A stretch of 64,000 nucleotides of DNA, from contig NC_087245.1 in NCBI RefSeq assembly GCF_037042905.1, forward strand, positions 23,004,001-23,068,000. Reading direction: 5' to 3'. Positions 1 to 13,600 of the stretch are shown in pieces. A model generated the notes under the pieces. That model was given only the letters and a program-made list of their open reading frames with translations, did not search any database and was not told the DNA's origin. The translations under genes were made by a program, and so were the position numbers. This DNA comes from Lytechinus pictus. Its lineage: Eukaryota. Numbering within the stretch: position 1 is the stretch's first letter; every line of letters starts with the position of its first letter.

Positions 1-899
1 CTTGGAAAGAAAAAAAAAAAATCAGTTTTGAAAATTATCATATGACCAATCTGCAAATGCAGTAACTTAGTGATATTATGAACTGTTTATGTTTCACATT
101 TTGCAAGGGTTATTTTGTAAGAAGTACAATTCAATTTCATATCAAAGATATGATTCCCTTTCCTAGTTTTGATACCAAAGTTTAGAAACTGATAACATTA
201 TCACTGAAACGATACAAAAAATTAACTCTTTGTGATTATGTTAATAAAGAGCAATGTAATAAAATAAATCACTTTGAATAAACGTCATAACAACTAAACC
301 AGAATAAACCAGATATACAACCAAACCACGGCCGTGCAATTTTTATTGATTTTTCTTCAAACTCTTCATCTGAAATGTATCTAGGTTTCAAACAATAGCA
401 ACGACAGCTGTCACGTGCAATGGCAATGATTCTTTTTAACGTTTAGTTTGTCTGAGGCAATATTCAGCATCGGTTGTGAAGGTGAACAAATTGTACTTCA
501 ACATCAATATCCCAAGAGATTTAATGAAATTCATTGAAGAGAGAATGAGTGATCGAGGACGACAGTTTCATCCAAAAGGATGAGATCCCCCCCTTAGAGA
601 AGGGGGGGGGGGGATCTAACCTTTTGTAATGAAAATACAAAAGCAAACCAAAAGATAACATATCCTTAAATTCATCCAAAAACAGCTGAGTAATATTTCT
701 TGTTTATCCCCATATTATAAAGATACCCCTGGTATGGCCTTGATCAATTAGTGGATTTGAATTAAATGGAGAGAAATCAAAGTATCAAACAAGCAAATAT
801 TAATATAATTTGAAAACATCAACCACTTGTAAAAGGCCACTGCTTTGGTATTTCAAGAAAATTCCTCTGCCACTGTCAGATCAGAAATATGTCACATAC

Positions 900-3745
900 C
901 TATTATTTCAAAACTTATCACCTCTGTAATTTTAGACCTTGTAACCCCAAATTCTAACCAGATGACTGCACATGATCCAAGTTTGTCCCACAAAGGATTA
1001 TTTGGTTATCACAAGAATATATTTTCATGGATATAAAGATCTACAGTATGTGACCATCTTCCTAACTCACATATTCATATGACTGAGGTGTGAAATTAAT
1101 CCTTCGAACAGTTTTTCAGTTGAGATATTAGAAGAAAGATTTACTTTCTAATATATACTAAGTATGTAATAAGTTTATGACCTTTGCTATCTTGGACCTT
1201 TGAACCTAGTCTGAATGAACAGACTTTGATTGAAACTTTGATCAAAAAGGGGATCTTGGCACCAGACTAGCAAAACACAACTTGCTGTTTTCAGAGGGAC
1301 CTTCTGTGCCCAAGTCACAGTCGGGGATTTTAGGCTGCATTTTCAGACCACTTTCCACATAGGATTTGCAAAGCAAACTTCTGTGACAAAATGACCTGTA
1401 TTCTAATCAGGCAGTTGTTTCACAAAGATTCAAGTGTGACTTCAAGTTGCATTTAAATTTCCAGCAAGCATACAGTATAAAAGGCATCACCGCATTGGTC
1501 AAATCATGCTGAGAAGACAATATGCATGTTTACCGAATGTAAATGAGCCAAGATCGAAGTCAAACCCTTAAACAGTACAGGGTATTTTCAGGAATGGCAT
1601 ATGTGACCTTTGACCTTATGACCCCAAATCAGATCAAAATTACTCCCTTACATGTACGTATACACAAGCAAAGTTTGAAGTTGAATAGTTCTAATTTAGT
1701 TACTTGCAAGAAGAGATACTTTCAGGAACTTAATGACACTTGGGACCTTGACCTTGTTACCCATAAATCTATGATCATGCACAATGATCATGCAAAAATG
1801 CAAAATGTTGATCCTGCAAAATGCTTCTTCAGTCATCAATAGAATGAAATAAGTTAATGTACAGATACACATCATGACCTTGATACCCCAAACTATTCTG
1901 AGCATTACCAGTGCTACAAATGATTACTTGGACCATGTTTGAAGTGGATTCATCAAAGTGTTCTTCCACTATCATGGAAACAAAAACAGGACGGATGGAC
2001 AGACAACCTTCAAACATAATGAAACGACCTCTGATGGGTGGGGGCTTTAAAAAAAATATTTTTGACAGTGCATCCACTTCTTCCTAGATATGGCCATGGC
2101 CCAGACTCATGTCACATACACAATTTATGTATTTCATGAAATTTATTGACAAAATATCACCCAATATTCCCACAAATGCATTACTAGTTTATTACCATCA
2201 TCAGCCACACCTCTATTCTATAATGTTGAAAGCATCGCATTGATTTCATTGTTCTTGCATACAACAACTGTTTATATTTTCGATTAAACCTTGAAAAGAT
2301 ATATTCCATGTATATTTGACAATATCGATATGTACACATGTGTGTGTAAGATATTAAAGGCAAAGAGCATTTTGTAATGAAATTTGCACAAGAACTAAAG
2401 TATTGGGTAGCAGAAGGAATGTCATAGTGTGGATAATTAAGAATTTCAAACGGTTTTTACAAGATAACAAATCTGGTCCAGGAGTAGATAACACGATTAA
2501 TAATCACTTCTCGACGAGTCTGTAAAAGTTGAAATTCAGTTGCAGCTCTTCTTAGAACAAAATATGCAAAACATTCTAGACTGCGTATTGGAACATTATG
2601 CCTCCGCCATTGCCAGATGTGAAGTTTAATGCATCCTTTTTTCTGATATTGTGAAAACCATCAAAAAGATTTCCAGCCATGACACCACAAACTAATTAGA
2701 TCATTGTCACTCTTTATGAACTAGGAAGCCATTCCCCAAAAGGGGCCCAAACTAAAGATCATTGTAATTCCTAACCCTATATGCTTGTATATATATAGTG
2801 CATACATGAACTGAGTTTGAAGTCGGTCTTTCGAACAGTTCTTGAATTATCACGAAAAAGTTATTTCAAGATGTATCATTTTCATAACCTTCGATAGATG
2901 TTCCCCCCAACTAATCATATCATTGACACTCTAGTAAGCATGCATCTTCCAATCTTAAAGTTGTTAACTATGTGACTTGAACCTTTGGCCTTGTGACCTG
3001 AGAAACTAATCACATTAATGTCACTCCAATATGCATACATGATCCAAGTTTGAAGAGGTTTATTGTCATTTGGTCAAATGCCAATTCGTCCAATTGCCAA
3101 CTTGTCTACTATCATTTGGTCTACCATCAGTTCGTCCAATATCCACATGGTCTAATTGCTTTTTTGTCCACTCACCACTTCGTCTAATAACCAGTTGGTC
3201 CAATAGCCATTTAGTTCATATACCATTTGGTCTAATTAGACTATTAAAGTGTTAATTGGGCAAAATGAATGAAAATAAAATGAATATTAGACCAACTGGT
3301 TATGAGACGAAATGGTCATAGACGAACTGATGATTAGACGAACTGATGATTGGACCAAATGGTTATTGGACCAGATGGTTGTTAGACGAAATGTTGATGG
3401 ACGCAATGGCATTACCGGTAGACTAAATGAAGGTAGACCATGTGGTGAGTGGACGAGTTGGCAGTAGACGAATTGGCAATTGAACGTTTGAAGATGATGC
3501 AATGAACAGTTCTTGAATTATCGCCAGAAAACGGCATTTAAAGATGACCTGTTGGATCTTCAACCTTCGACCTCCATACCCCAAATACTCAATAAAATAA
3601 TTGTCACTCCCATGTATGTATGTATGGAGTTAATCTATCAAAACAGTTCTTGAGTTAATCGAGAGAACAAAAACAGGACTGACGGACAGACAACCTGAAA
3701 GCATAATGCCTCATGCACCATCTACAATGGGTGGACACATAAAAA
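900..3745 (+). repeat. Degenerate TGACCTTTGACC-rich dispersed repeats ending in GGAC(G/A)GACA tracts (possibly Helentron/HINE-like)
   Basis: Recurrent gacct(t)tgacc motifs; similar 3' ends at ~1985-2050 and ~3672-3745; related degenerate tandem units at ~11960-12430. Confidence 0.45.
3075..3482. mobile_element. Foldback-type MITE with short internal subrepeats
   Basis: TGCCAATTCGTC / GACGAATTGGCA termini; repeated TGGTCTAA/TTAGACCA and TTCGTC/GACGAA units inverted about the centre. Confidence 0.65.
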
Positions 3746-4099
3746 CAGAAACACTATGCAATTGCAGGCACATGCCCCTTTATATTACAAAACAAGAATC
3801 TTAATTCCAATGAATTACAAAGATTCTATCTGAAATTTTATCTTTGGAAATTTCTTTTAAAGTTCAATAATGAAATGGTCAAGGATCTTGCACCAGTGCT
3901 CTGATGAAATTAGTCATCAAAGTCCTGACATAAATTTAAGGGCTTGTGGGTAACAAACTAAATGTTGCTTTCATGACTTCACTGAATGGAATATTTCTAA
4001 GCAGTTTTCTCGATCCCCAATCTACTAGTAAGAGAGAGTTTTGGTCTACAAGCAGTAAGTCTATTTCTCAGACAGTAACATAACAAAGGCTTAACCCTT

Positions 4100-4670
4100 A
4101 ATAAATAGAGAAAAATCAAACTAGCATAACGCTGAAAATTTCATCAAAATCGGATGTAAAATAAGAAAGTTATGGCATTTTAAAGTTTCACTTATTTTTC
4201 ACAAAACAGTGATACATGTATGTACAACTCAGTGACATGCAAATGAGTAAGTCGATGATGTCCATCACTCACTATTTCTTTTGTTTTTTATTGTTTGAAT
4301 GATACAATATTTCATTTTTTAGAAAATTTGATAATAAGGACCAACTTGACTGGACCATATAGTATTAAACAATGCTAATTCCACGTGTTCAGGGAGGAAT
4401 TAATCGTCGTTTCACTTGACAATGAGGAGAAAATTATAATATTTTATATAATAAAATACAAAAGAAATAGTGAGTGAATGACGTCATCACTCTCCTCATT
4501 TGCATACCAACCAGGATGTGCAAATAACTGTTTTGTGAAATTAAGCGGAAACTTTAAAATGTCATAACTTTCTTATTTTACATCCGATTTTGATGACATT
4601 TTCAGTGTTATGCTTGTTTGATTTTTCTCTTTATATTCAAATCAACTTTTTATTGGGGTGGACTTGTCCT
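4100..4670. mobile_element. TTAA-target MITE family A (left end eroded)
   Basis: Near-colinear with 10918-11498; ends GTGGACTTGTCCT|TTAA. Confidence 0.8.
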
Positions 4671-4862
4671 TTAAGTTTGGGTCTGCTATCAATGTGGTCT
4701 GTACGCTACACTTGGTATAAGAGTCTAATTGCCATTTAGTCTAATGCTCAGATGGTATATAATTCCAACTTGGTCTTATCATTTTCAACTACTTTGTCAA
4801 ATGAAAATTTTGGTTCATGCACAGCTCATCTAATAATACACCAAAGACTAAGTGGTATTTAA

Positions 4863-5466
4863 AGGGGAATCAACCCTTTGGAACAAGTGGGCTTGTGTGG
4901 AAATAGAAAAATCAAAGAATAAGATCAAAGAAAGTTTGAGAAAAATCTGACAAATAATGAGAAAGTCATGAGCTTTTGAATATTGCGATCACTATGCTAT
5001 GGAGATCCTCCCAATGGCAATGCGACACAGATGTGTGATGTCACATGTGAACAACTTTCCCTTTGATGGACTGTAACATATGCCCAAAATGTCTCTTTTT
5101 GCTCTTTCTTATGGTGATTTAAACTCTTCATCCATAATGTATTCTTATAAAATCTGTTTTACATGTAGGACTAATTACATGCCCTATAAAAAGAATGCAT
5201 GAGCTACGGAAAAAATGTGATAAAAAAGGCAGTTTAAGTGAAATATATACAAAAGTAATGGGAAAGTTGTTCACATGTGACATCACTCATCTTTGTCACA
5301 TTGCCAATGGGAGGATCTACGTTGCAATAATTATTCACACTTTAAATGATGATAACTTTCTTATTATTTTTTTATTCAATTTTTCCCAAATTTTCGTTGA
5401 TCCTTTTCTTTGATTTTTCTGTTTTCGCACTTGTAAGCAATCTTATTCCAAAGGTTTCTTTCTCCT
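4863..5466. mobile_element. TTAA-target MITE (AGG...CCT ends; Kolobok-like), family B
   Basis: TTAA on both sides, internally palindromic; homologous to 6670-7252. Confidence 0.75.
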
Positions 5467-5606
5467 TTAATAGACCAAGTTGATATTACATAAAATGGAT
5501 ATAGCCCAGCTGGAAGAGAGAAAATGGTAAATGGACAACAGAACGGCAAGCAGACGAAAAACCAAATGCAAAAACGTATGAAATACCCCATGGAACATTT
5601 GCATAG

Positions 5607-5755
5607 CAGGGGCCGTGGAACGGTTTTCAAAGTGGGGGGGGGGGGGGGGGGCTGAGTCAAAAGTGGGGGGGCTGACCATGCAAAAAATCACAATCCTATG
5701 GTCATTTTTACGTTTTTGTACACGGTTTTGGAAACCCCCGGTTCCGCGGCCCCTG
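5607..5755. mobile_element. Small G-run MITE with 5-bp TSD
   Basis: TIR CAGGGGCCG(C/T)GGAAC; TSD CATAG; second copy at 18050-18232. Confidence 0.85.
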
Positions 5756-5870
5756 CATAGTACAAACTTATAGAGGATTTAGAGACCGCTTCTATTTGCC
5801 TGTGCAAATGAATTCCTCCATCTATTATGAATTATACCACATCCATTCGGATTAGATTCTATAGAGCTCT

Positions 5871-6091
5871 TCATCTTGCAAATGATATGACAGGCCTGCC
5901 ATCGCCATTCTCCTTCTGTTCCTTGTTGCCTGTCCTTACAAGATCCACACTATCAAGAGTCTCCTGCATCTTGGTTTCATACTCCTTCATTCGTCTCAGC
6001 TGATCGTCGTATTCAGGTCCAAGGGTCCATAGCTTCTCGAGCTCGTAGAACTCCCTAGTCTCCTCTGACATTAGGTGCAGCACAATATTAC
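5871..6091 (-). CDS. MALSU1: MALSU1 exon 4 (terminal coding exon)
   Basis: gaacag acceptor; encodes [32 protein letters not shown]...SFAR*. Confidence 0.92.
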
Positions 6092-9000
6092 CTGTTCATA
6101 CAAAAGATGTAACATTCCATGGATTGGTGATGTAAGGTACGAGGTGTTATTTTCACCAGTGTCTGAATATATTTGTGTTTACTTTTTATTGTATATGGAC
6201 CCCATGGAAGAACAGTAGCCTATTGTCATGTCGACTAAACTGAATATGGCTATCCATCTGTTTTGCATCTTTTCCTTTTTTTATACAGAAAATAAATACT
6301 ATACTATATTTCACTTTGCTTTCAGGCTGATAAGCTTCATTATGCACATCTGAAAGCAAACTAGTGAATGGAAATTTTGCTCAACAAGGTCCTTGGATGA
6401 CGTAAACATTACAGCTATCTGTTCTTCACTACTCTCTTGAGTCTCTTCTTTTAAAGGGATATTCCAAGCTGAAAGTTATACGATTTGAACAGATAAAGTA
6501 AAATCAGAAAAACTAAACACTAACAATGTCATCGAAATTGCACAATGAATAAGTTTGCTACATGACATTTGTTTGCATTATTTTGGTGAAACAGTTCTAT
6601 GCATGGCTCCATGAATGTGCAATAAGCAAGCAGATGTCATACCCGACTCATTCTTTTGTATTTCCTTAAAGGAGAATGAAACTCTTGGAGCAAGTTAGCT
6701 TTTGTGAAAGCAGAAAAATAAAAAAATAAGATCAACAAAAGTTTGAGTAAAATAGGACTAGCAATAAAAGAGTTATGAGCATTTGAATGTCGAGATCACT
6801 AATGCTATGGAGATCCTCCCATTGGCAATGCAACCAAGATCTGTGATGTCACAGATCTTCAAATCTCCCATTTGGACACTGAAAATATACCCCAAAACAT
6901 TTCTTTTTGCTCATTCTAATCATATGACAAACGATTCATCAATGATATAATGTTGTGAAACCTCTGTACTTGTCATTTCATAAAGAGAACACCTCACCTT
7001 GTGATAGACTCTATAAAAGTGAGAATATAAGTGAAATAAGTACTAAAGTAATGAGGGAGTTGTACGTGTGTGATATCACAGATCTTGGTCGCATTGCCGA
7101 TGGGAGGATCTACATGGCACTAGTGATTTCAATATTCAAATGCTCATAACTTTCTTATTATTCATTCAATCTTCCACAAACTTTCAACAATATGTTTCTT
7201 TGATTTTTCTCTGTGATATGGATTCAGCTGGTTTCAAGGGTTTCATTCTCCTTTAAATATGAAATCATATTTACGCAAACTAAGATTTTAAAGAATGAAA
7301 AGAGGTGACTATTGATCAGGGTTGGGCTCAATAACTTTCTTCAATTATAAAATTTTACAATTACATAACTGAGGAATGCTTAATTATAATTCTTTTTAAT
7401 CAAATTACATTTTTTCACTTGCAATTACCAATTACTTTTGTCAATTATAATTTCAATTACTTTCTAGAAAAGTCATAAATGTAACCAATTTTTATTTTGT
7501 ACCTAGTACCACCTATTTCAACATAATTCTAAGTTACAGAGAAACTGACAAGATGATGGTTTTTGTTAAAGAGCAGGGGTTCTGCCTTTTACTCTCTTTA
7601 ATGCTGAAGCAGTTGACATGAAAAAGGTCATGAAATTAAATCATAAATGAAATAGGTTTATTGTAAAGTAACTGCATGTATTAAAAGTAGGATGGGGGAT
7701 CGGGTGTCCGGACACTTTATATTTTTGAAGCCTTCTTTTTTGTCTTAAGATTACACTAAAAATATGAATTCAATAGTTGTAATCATCTTCTATTTTGTTC
7801 TCTATAATATTTTCTAAAATTTTGTACTAAAATTTGATGAAACTTCGCTTGTAATTTTTTCCAAATGACTTTCTAAAATTGATCGTCCGGACACACAACC
7901 TGTCCGGACACACAACAACTGGGTATACATGTAATTGACAGTAATTGAAGTCAATTACATGTGCATTATTTCAATTACAATGAGTTACTTTCCTTTCCAA
8001 AACTTCAACTAAAATTACAATTACAAAAAAAATGTAAATTAATTACGTGTTTTGTATAAGAAAAATTGTAAGAGAAATTACATTCATTCATTTAGTTATT
8101 TTTTTCTCTAAGGAAGTTCATTGCATAATATTAGAATATTCCAGAATGTCTCAATTAAGCTTTGTTACGCCTGCACCTTATTAAATGAGATAGAGCAATG
8201 ATTGGTATTTGGGTATTTTTGTATTGGACAAAAGAGACTGCTAGACAATAGACACTGGAGTGAAAAGGACAATAGGATTAGCTACTTGTTTACATTTTTA
8301 ATTTCACTGAGGTCATTCAAGAGTCTTCTAGAATTGAACTGCTCTAGAAAGGAGAATGTTCTTTTTAAAGACAATACTAGAAACTTCCAGAATAGTGGAA
8401 ATAAGCTGGCAGTTTCTTCAAGGACATCATCATATTGGATCAGAACTCAAGAGTTTTACATCAGACTTTATGTCAGAGCATAGGTTATTTCCAACTGGAA
8501 TATAACATTTATCTTCTGTGGAATTATTTGCACACCATTAATTAACTGTTTTCAGCTATTTTGAGAGAGGAATTCTCAGTTTTCATCGAGATCATCGACC
8601 TATTCTAAAGAACATTTGTACACCCATGACATTTCAACACTTTACAGTGACTCCGATTATTCATTATGTTTCAACATCAATTTCATCATTGCCAGCATTG
8701 TGGACTTTAATTAATTGAACCTTTGCCAGCCAACTTGGATAAATATATTATTATGATTACTCAGAACTGTTTTCAAGATAAGATGCATTATTTTGTTTTG
8801 TTTATTCTGTGTAAATTATTAAAAAGCAAAAATATTATTTTCAAAATTTTATTTGTTCTTTGTTTGGTATTCAATATCGTAACATACGTAATTGATCAAT
8901 TACCTTGTAATTGAGACCAACCCTGCTATTGATTTAATGCGTGAAGATAATCGTTGCTGCAACTACATGTAAGAAAATATTAAATAGTTACTATTTCATG

Positions 9001-12000
9001 TACATGTAATAATGGGACATGACATCATCACCACACCTATTGCATATTCATGACAAAGTGCATCACTGTTTTCACAAAATATAAAATTGAAAAATTCTTT
9101 ATGTTTATCATTTCTTATGAGATTTTGATGAAATTTTCAGTGTTCTTCTAAATGAATTTACTATATTTATGTAAAAAGAAATATATTCAGACCACCTTCT
9201 TCATAGTTCTAAGGAAACAAAGACATTATTTTATACATGTATGAAACCAGTACAGACCAGTACGACCCAGAAAAATAGTTACAAAATATAACTATAGAGA
9301 TATTGAATCGTGAATATTTCTTGTAAGCTGTTACACTACAATGTACAAACAATGTCATATTTTGTCACAATGCTAGAGTTTGTAGATTCATATGTAATCA
9401 AGAAAATCTAAATAGAGTTCATATTCAGATTAAAATTTTCACTCTTACCAAAGTCAATGCATATCCAATCGTCGGTATCTTCTCCCTCCACAAGAACATA
9501 AGGGTCTTCTTTGGACTTTTTTGTTTTATACTGAGGAGAGTGAAATCAGAAAATTAAAACCAGAGTGTAAATCTCATTATACTTAACATCACCAGTAAAT
9601 AACAAGTAGAAGAATAAGAAAAGAAAAAAAGGAGGACAAGGAATTGAAATGGGGAGAAAGAGAAAGAGTGAATTAAAGATAATGATAAGGAGGTGGAGGA
9701 AGGAGGAAAAGAAGCATAAGGATAAGAATAAAAAAGAGAATGCATGTTGTAAGTTTATACACTACTCTAAACACAAACTACAAAGGACTGTTATTCCAGC
9801 ATTCATAATAATCTTAAAAATTTTCTTTTCTCACTTTCAAAAAGGTGTGAAACTTTTTTTTAAGTTCTAGAAGAATCTGGTTTTACTTCTTACATTTGCC
9901 ACATCCATTATCTTACATGTACCTTTGGAAAATAAAAATATGCCAAAACAAGTAAAATTAATGATAAATGTATTATTTTAATTACAAAATTGCAGATTGT
10001 ATCTTTGAATAGGGATTTCATTGTTTTCATTCTTAATTGCCAATTTACAGAGTGTAATGCTTGGATGAAAGATAACTTTTATTCAGGAAAGGGAAAGGCA
10101 CCACATAATTGTTTTGAAGTGTGTGTGGATTGGAATAGCATTTTTTTCATAATCATATACCATGCGTAATAACTAGCATTTCAGGTGTATAAGAGACACA
10201 GCATACGTGTTAAACTTAAAGTGAAATCCATGCCATTTTCACCAAACATTGCACATGGTTTAACAAGCCAAATATGCAAAAAATAAAGTTATATTTCTTC
10301 ACTTCATATATATGGACTGTTGAAGTTCGCCAAATTGAGAGTCTGGATAAAAGGGAGAATAAACAGATTGTGGCATCTAAAAGAGCTCACTTAGATTTCA
10401 AAGTTATATCTTTAAAACCAAGCAAATTTTATCAGTTTTTCTCCATCAGTTAAAAAATGCATACCAAAGACTGAGTAATAAATGGGATCACCTATTCCTT
10501 TTTAATTACCAGAGCTTTCATTTCTGAAAAAACGATGCATACATTAATATAAAGAAAAACAGTGAAAAAAGTTCACACAACTTTGCTACTGCTGCATTTG
10601 CACCAGGTTTTGTTTCATAGATCTAAGATGCAGGGTTAAGGTTGCAATAAGTATTAGGGTTGTTTGTTAGGCTCAGGGTTAGGTTTAGGGTAGGGTAGTA
10701 TACAACCCAGAGTTGTAAGTCATTTGATCGGTGTTTGGAATTTACAGTGGAGCAATTGTAGCCAGAGCAAATGCCATAGAGACCTCAAAGACATATATTT
10801 TTGAAATACAAAATACAAAGAAAGCTGTACTTTTTCATTAAAATTTACAAAGTTATAGAAACCATGTGCAGATATAAGGATGCGAACGCCACCAACATAA
10901 CTGGAAAATGTATTTAAAGGTCAAGTCCACCCCAGAAAAATATTGATTTGAATAGATAGATAAAAATCAAACTAGCAAAACGCTGAAAAAAAATCATCAA
11001 AATCTGATGTAAAATAAGAAAGTTAAGACATTTAAAAGTTTTGCCTATTTTTCACAAAACAGTGATATGCACAACTCAAATGAGACAGTCGATGATGTCC
11101 CTCACTCACTATTTCTTTTGTGTTTTATTGTTTGAATTATACAATATTTCATTTTTTATAGATTTGACAATAAGGACCAACTTACTGAATCATATAGTAT
11201 TAAACAATGCTCATTCCACTTGTTCAGGGAGGAATTAATCGTTTCACTTGACAATGAGAAAAATAGAATATTCCTTATTTCCTACAATAAAATACAAAAT
11301 AAATAGTGAGTGGATGATGTCATCAGTCTCATTTGCATACCAACCAGGATGTGCTTTAACTATTTTGTGAAATATAGCGAAACTTTAAAATGTCTTTAAA
11401 AACTTTCTCATCCGATTTTGATGAAATTTTCAGTGTTATGCTTGTCTGTTTTTTCTCTTTTTATTCAAATCAACTTTTTGTTGGAGTGGACTTGTCCTTT
11501 AACACTCACCTGTTGATTAACATGAAGAGCCATTGCTTTAAGGTGTCTCAGAGATCGTCCAGTAACAACCACAAAATAGTCAACATATTGTTTCTCCTTT
11601 GGGATGTTGATGACACAGATGTCTTGCGCATTCTCTTCTCTTAGAACAGATACAAGATCATCAATGCTAAATACAAATTTCTTCTCCTGCTCTCCTATGT
11701 GAAAAGAATGGGCAAAAAGAACAAATTTAAATATTTAAACTATTATTGTACATGTATATGATGGTAATTTAAGCTTTACCTGTACAATGCAAGAAATAAT
11801 ATCCTGCTCTTTGCACTTAAATTAACATGTGGAGCGCCTCTGGTAGTCTCCCTTGCATTACATGTTTCAATATACAGTAGCAGCAGTGCTGACTTTGAAA
11901 ACAACTGAAAATTATGCAAAAAAAAACAATCATATGATAATTAAAAATAATATGTTCATTGATCCTGATCGAACTTTGATCATGTGTTCTACAACTCGTG

Positions 12001-13444
12001 CAAGACAATCAGTGATACTTGATTACCCTTATTTCCACGTTTCATGAACTAGATCCATAAACTTTCAAAGTTATAATGGCAATTCAACAAATTACCCCAA
12101 CATGGTCAAAGTTCATTGACTTTTAAATGACCTTTCACCTTCATCATATGACATGAAACTCATACAGCCATATGAAGGATGTTCTCTGATAATTGATTAC
12201 TCTTATGTTCAAGTATCATGAACTACCTAGCATAAAATTTCAAAGTTATGATGGCAATTCGACAAATACCCTCAACATGGCCAAAGTTCACTGACCTTAA
12301 ATGACCTACATGTATGTCATGTGACCTACATGTAAAACTCATGCAGGATGTTCACTGATACTTGATTACTCTTTACGTCCCAAGTTTCATGAACAAGTCT
12401 AGATTCATGAACTTTCAATGTTTGATGGCAATTAAACAAATATCTCTGTTCAAATGTTTGAAAAATTTATTATTTTGTTCAGGATTTATAATTTATTGTT
12501 TTGTTTTTCAACTTTTATGTACAGACTTGCTGAAAAACAGCTTTGCGGCTGAAAGCAGTTTTTTTTATCCCATACTTAAATAAATAAAACATACATACAT
12601 ACATACAAATGTATTTTCTAAAAATCGTTTTAATCATGGTCTTCATGAAATGCAGATTATCATATTTCATTCTGTAGTCTACTTCAAAGTCTTAATTACC
12701 ATTTTCAGTACTGATTGGTTCTAGTGTTTCAGCTTCTCCTTCACTTGTATCAAATGTATCCATCTTTACATTTCCATCCAGCTTACATGTAGCTCCTGCA
12801 CTGGACTTGTCTTCCTTCTTTTCACCTGCACTGATTCCTTCATGGCAACTCAGTCCTACCTCACTTGTATTTCCATCTTGTTTTTCTTTTCCAAAATCTG
12901 ATGCAAGTTCTCGCAACAAAGACTTCAATTCTGGGTCTTTTTCCAAGATCATATCTGACCTATCATCAGGGTGAATCCACTCCTCCATATTTTCATCAAT
13001 CTTATCTTCAACCCAATCATCTTTTCTGTCATCTAGACCTTTTGCAAAACCACCAGAAGATCTGAAGGTCCTTGAAATTATTTGACACCTTTTGTTAATG
13101 ACATTTCTATCCCAATCACAGAGTCCTGGATTTAGTCCTCCTGGAAGATGACAAAATGCTGGTAGAAGTAATGATGAATAAGTACATTTGGCCATGGCAA
13201 CTGATTTGCACATCTTTTTCGAAATCTCTTTGGCAGAAAGGGAATCCAGTTCAACTTCAAGGACAAGGAAACGTTGCTGCAGTCTCGAACGTTTGCCTTT
13301 CATGCCTTTTTTAATATTATTTTCAAGAATTGTTTTACAATGCTGATCTGGGTTTTTACTTTGACTTTGCATCCAAACTGATCTGAACAGTTGTGCACTG
13401 CTGCCGGTAATAACGGTGTTCATACGATATGCACGTACGTGCAT
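5871..13444 (-). CDS. MALSU1: MALSU1 (mitochondrial assembly of ribosomal large subunit 1; RsfS/Iojap family), 4 coding exons: 13444-12700, 11694-11510, 9530-9449, 6091-5871; ~410 aa
   Basis: All four exons join in frame with GT-AG junctions (phases 1,0,1). The spliced translation [48 protein letters not shown]...[42 protein letters not shown] matches the MALSU1/RsfS domain as I recall it. Confidence 0.93.
6670..7252. mobile_element. TTAA-target MITE family B, nested in an older TTAA element
   Basis: TIR AGGAGAATGAAAC / GTTTCATTCTCCT; TTAA at 6666-6669 and 7253-7256. Confidence 0.85.
7317..8925. mobile_element. Non-autonomous hAT-like element
   Basis: TIR CAGGGTTGG(G/T)CTCAAT; 8-bp TSD CTATTGAT (7309-7316, 8926-8933). 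Confidence 0.85.
7687..7927. repeat. ~240-bp dispersed repeat; inverted copy at 40311-40533
   Basis: gtaggatggggg..gtgtccggacactttata ... caacaactgggtata occurs reverse-complemented at 40311-40533. Confidence 0.75.
9449..9530 (-). CDS. MALSU1: MALSU1 exon 3
   Basis: ctcctcag acceptor; G|gtaaga donor; encodes [27 protein letters not shown](G). Confidence 0.93.
10918..11498. mobile_element. TTAA-target MITE family A (full copy)
   Basis: TIR AGG(T/A)CAAGTCCAC; TTAA at both ends; other copies at ~4100-4670, 30194-~30765 and ~61631-62357. Confidence 0.85.
11510..11694 (-). CDS. MALSU1: MALSU1 exon 2
   Basis: Pyrimidine tract plus acatag acceptor; CAG|gtgagt donor; encodes [12 protein letters not shown]...[16 protein letters not shown]. 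Confidence 0.93.
12700..13444 (-). CDS. MALSU1: MALSU1 exon 1 (basic N-terminal presequence-like region plus long acidic low-complexity extension)
   Basis: Open 745-nt frame ending AAT G|gtaatt (donor at 12699). Phase 1 matches exon 2. Start codon could be 13444 or 13423. Confidence 0.75.
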
Positions 13445-13454
13445 AGCGCCAACT

Positions 13455-13600
13455 TAATGTGTTCCGCCATCTTGCTTGTTGGTTGCCGATAAAATGCGCA
13501 TTTTCAGATTTTTTAACGCTCAGTTATTATCCATGACTGAAACATTGACCAATCAAAAACTAGGATTCTACAAGAAATATGAATATTCATATACGAAAGT
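13455..13600 (-). promoter_or_regulatory. Probable MALSU1 promoter / 5' region
   Basis: YY1-type AAGATGGCGG (minus strand, ~13463-13472), CCAAT box at ~13549 and ATGAATATTCAT palindrome at ~13579, at the point where CpG density rises. Confidence 0.45.

Larger units (their letters stand above)
6455..9200. mobile_element. Older degenerate TTAA-type element split by two insertions
   Basis: Pieces 6455-6665, 7257-7316 and 8934-~9200 join into sequence similar to the copy at ~38930-39365. Confidence 0.6.
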
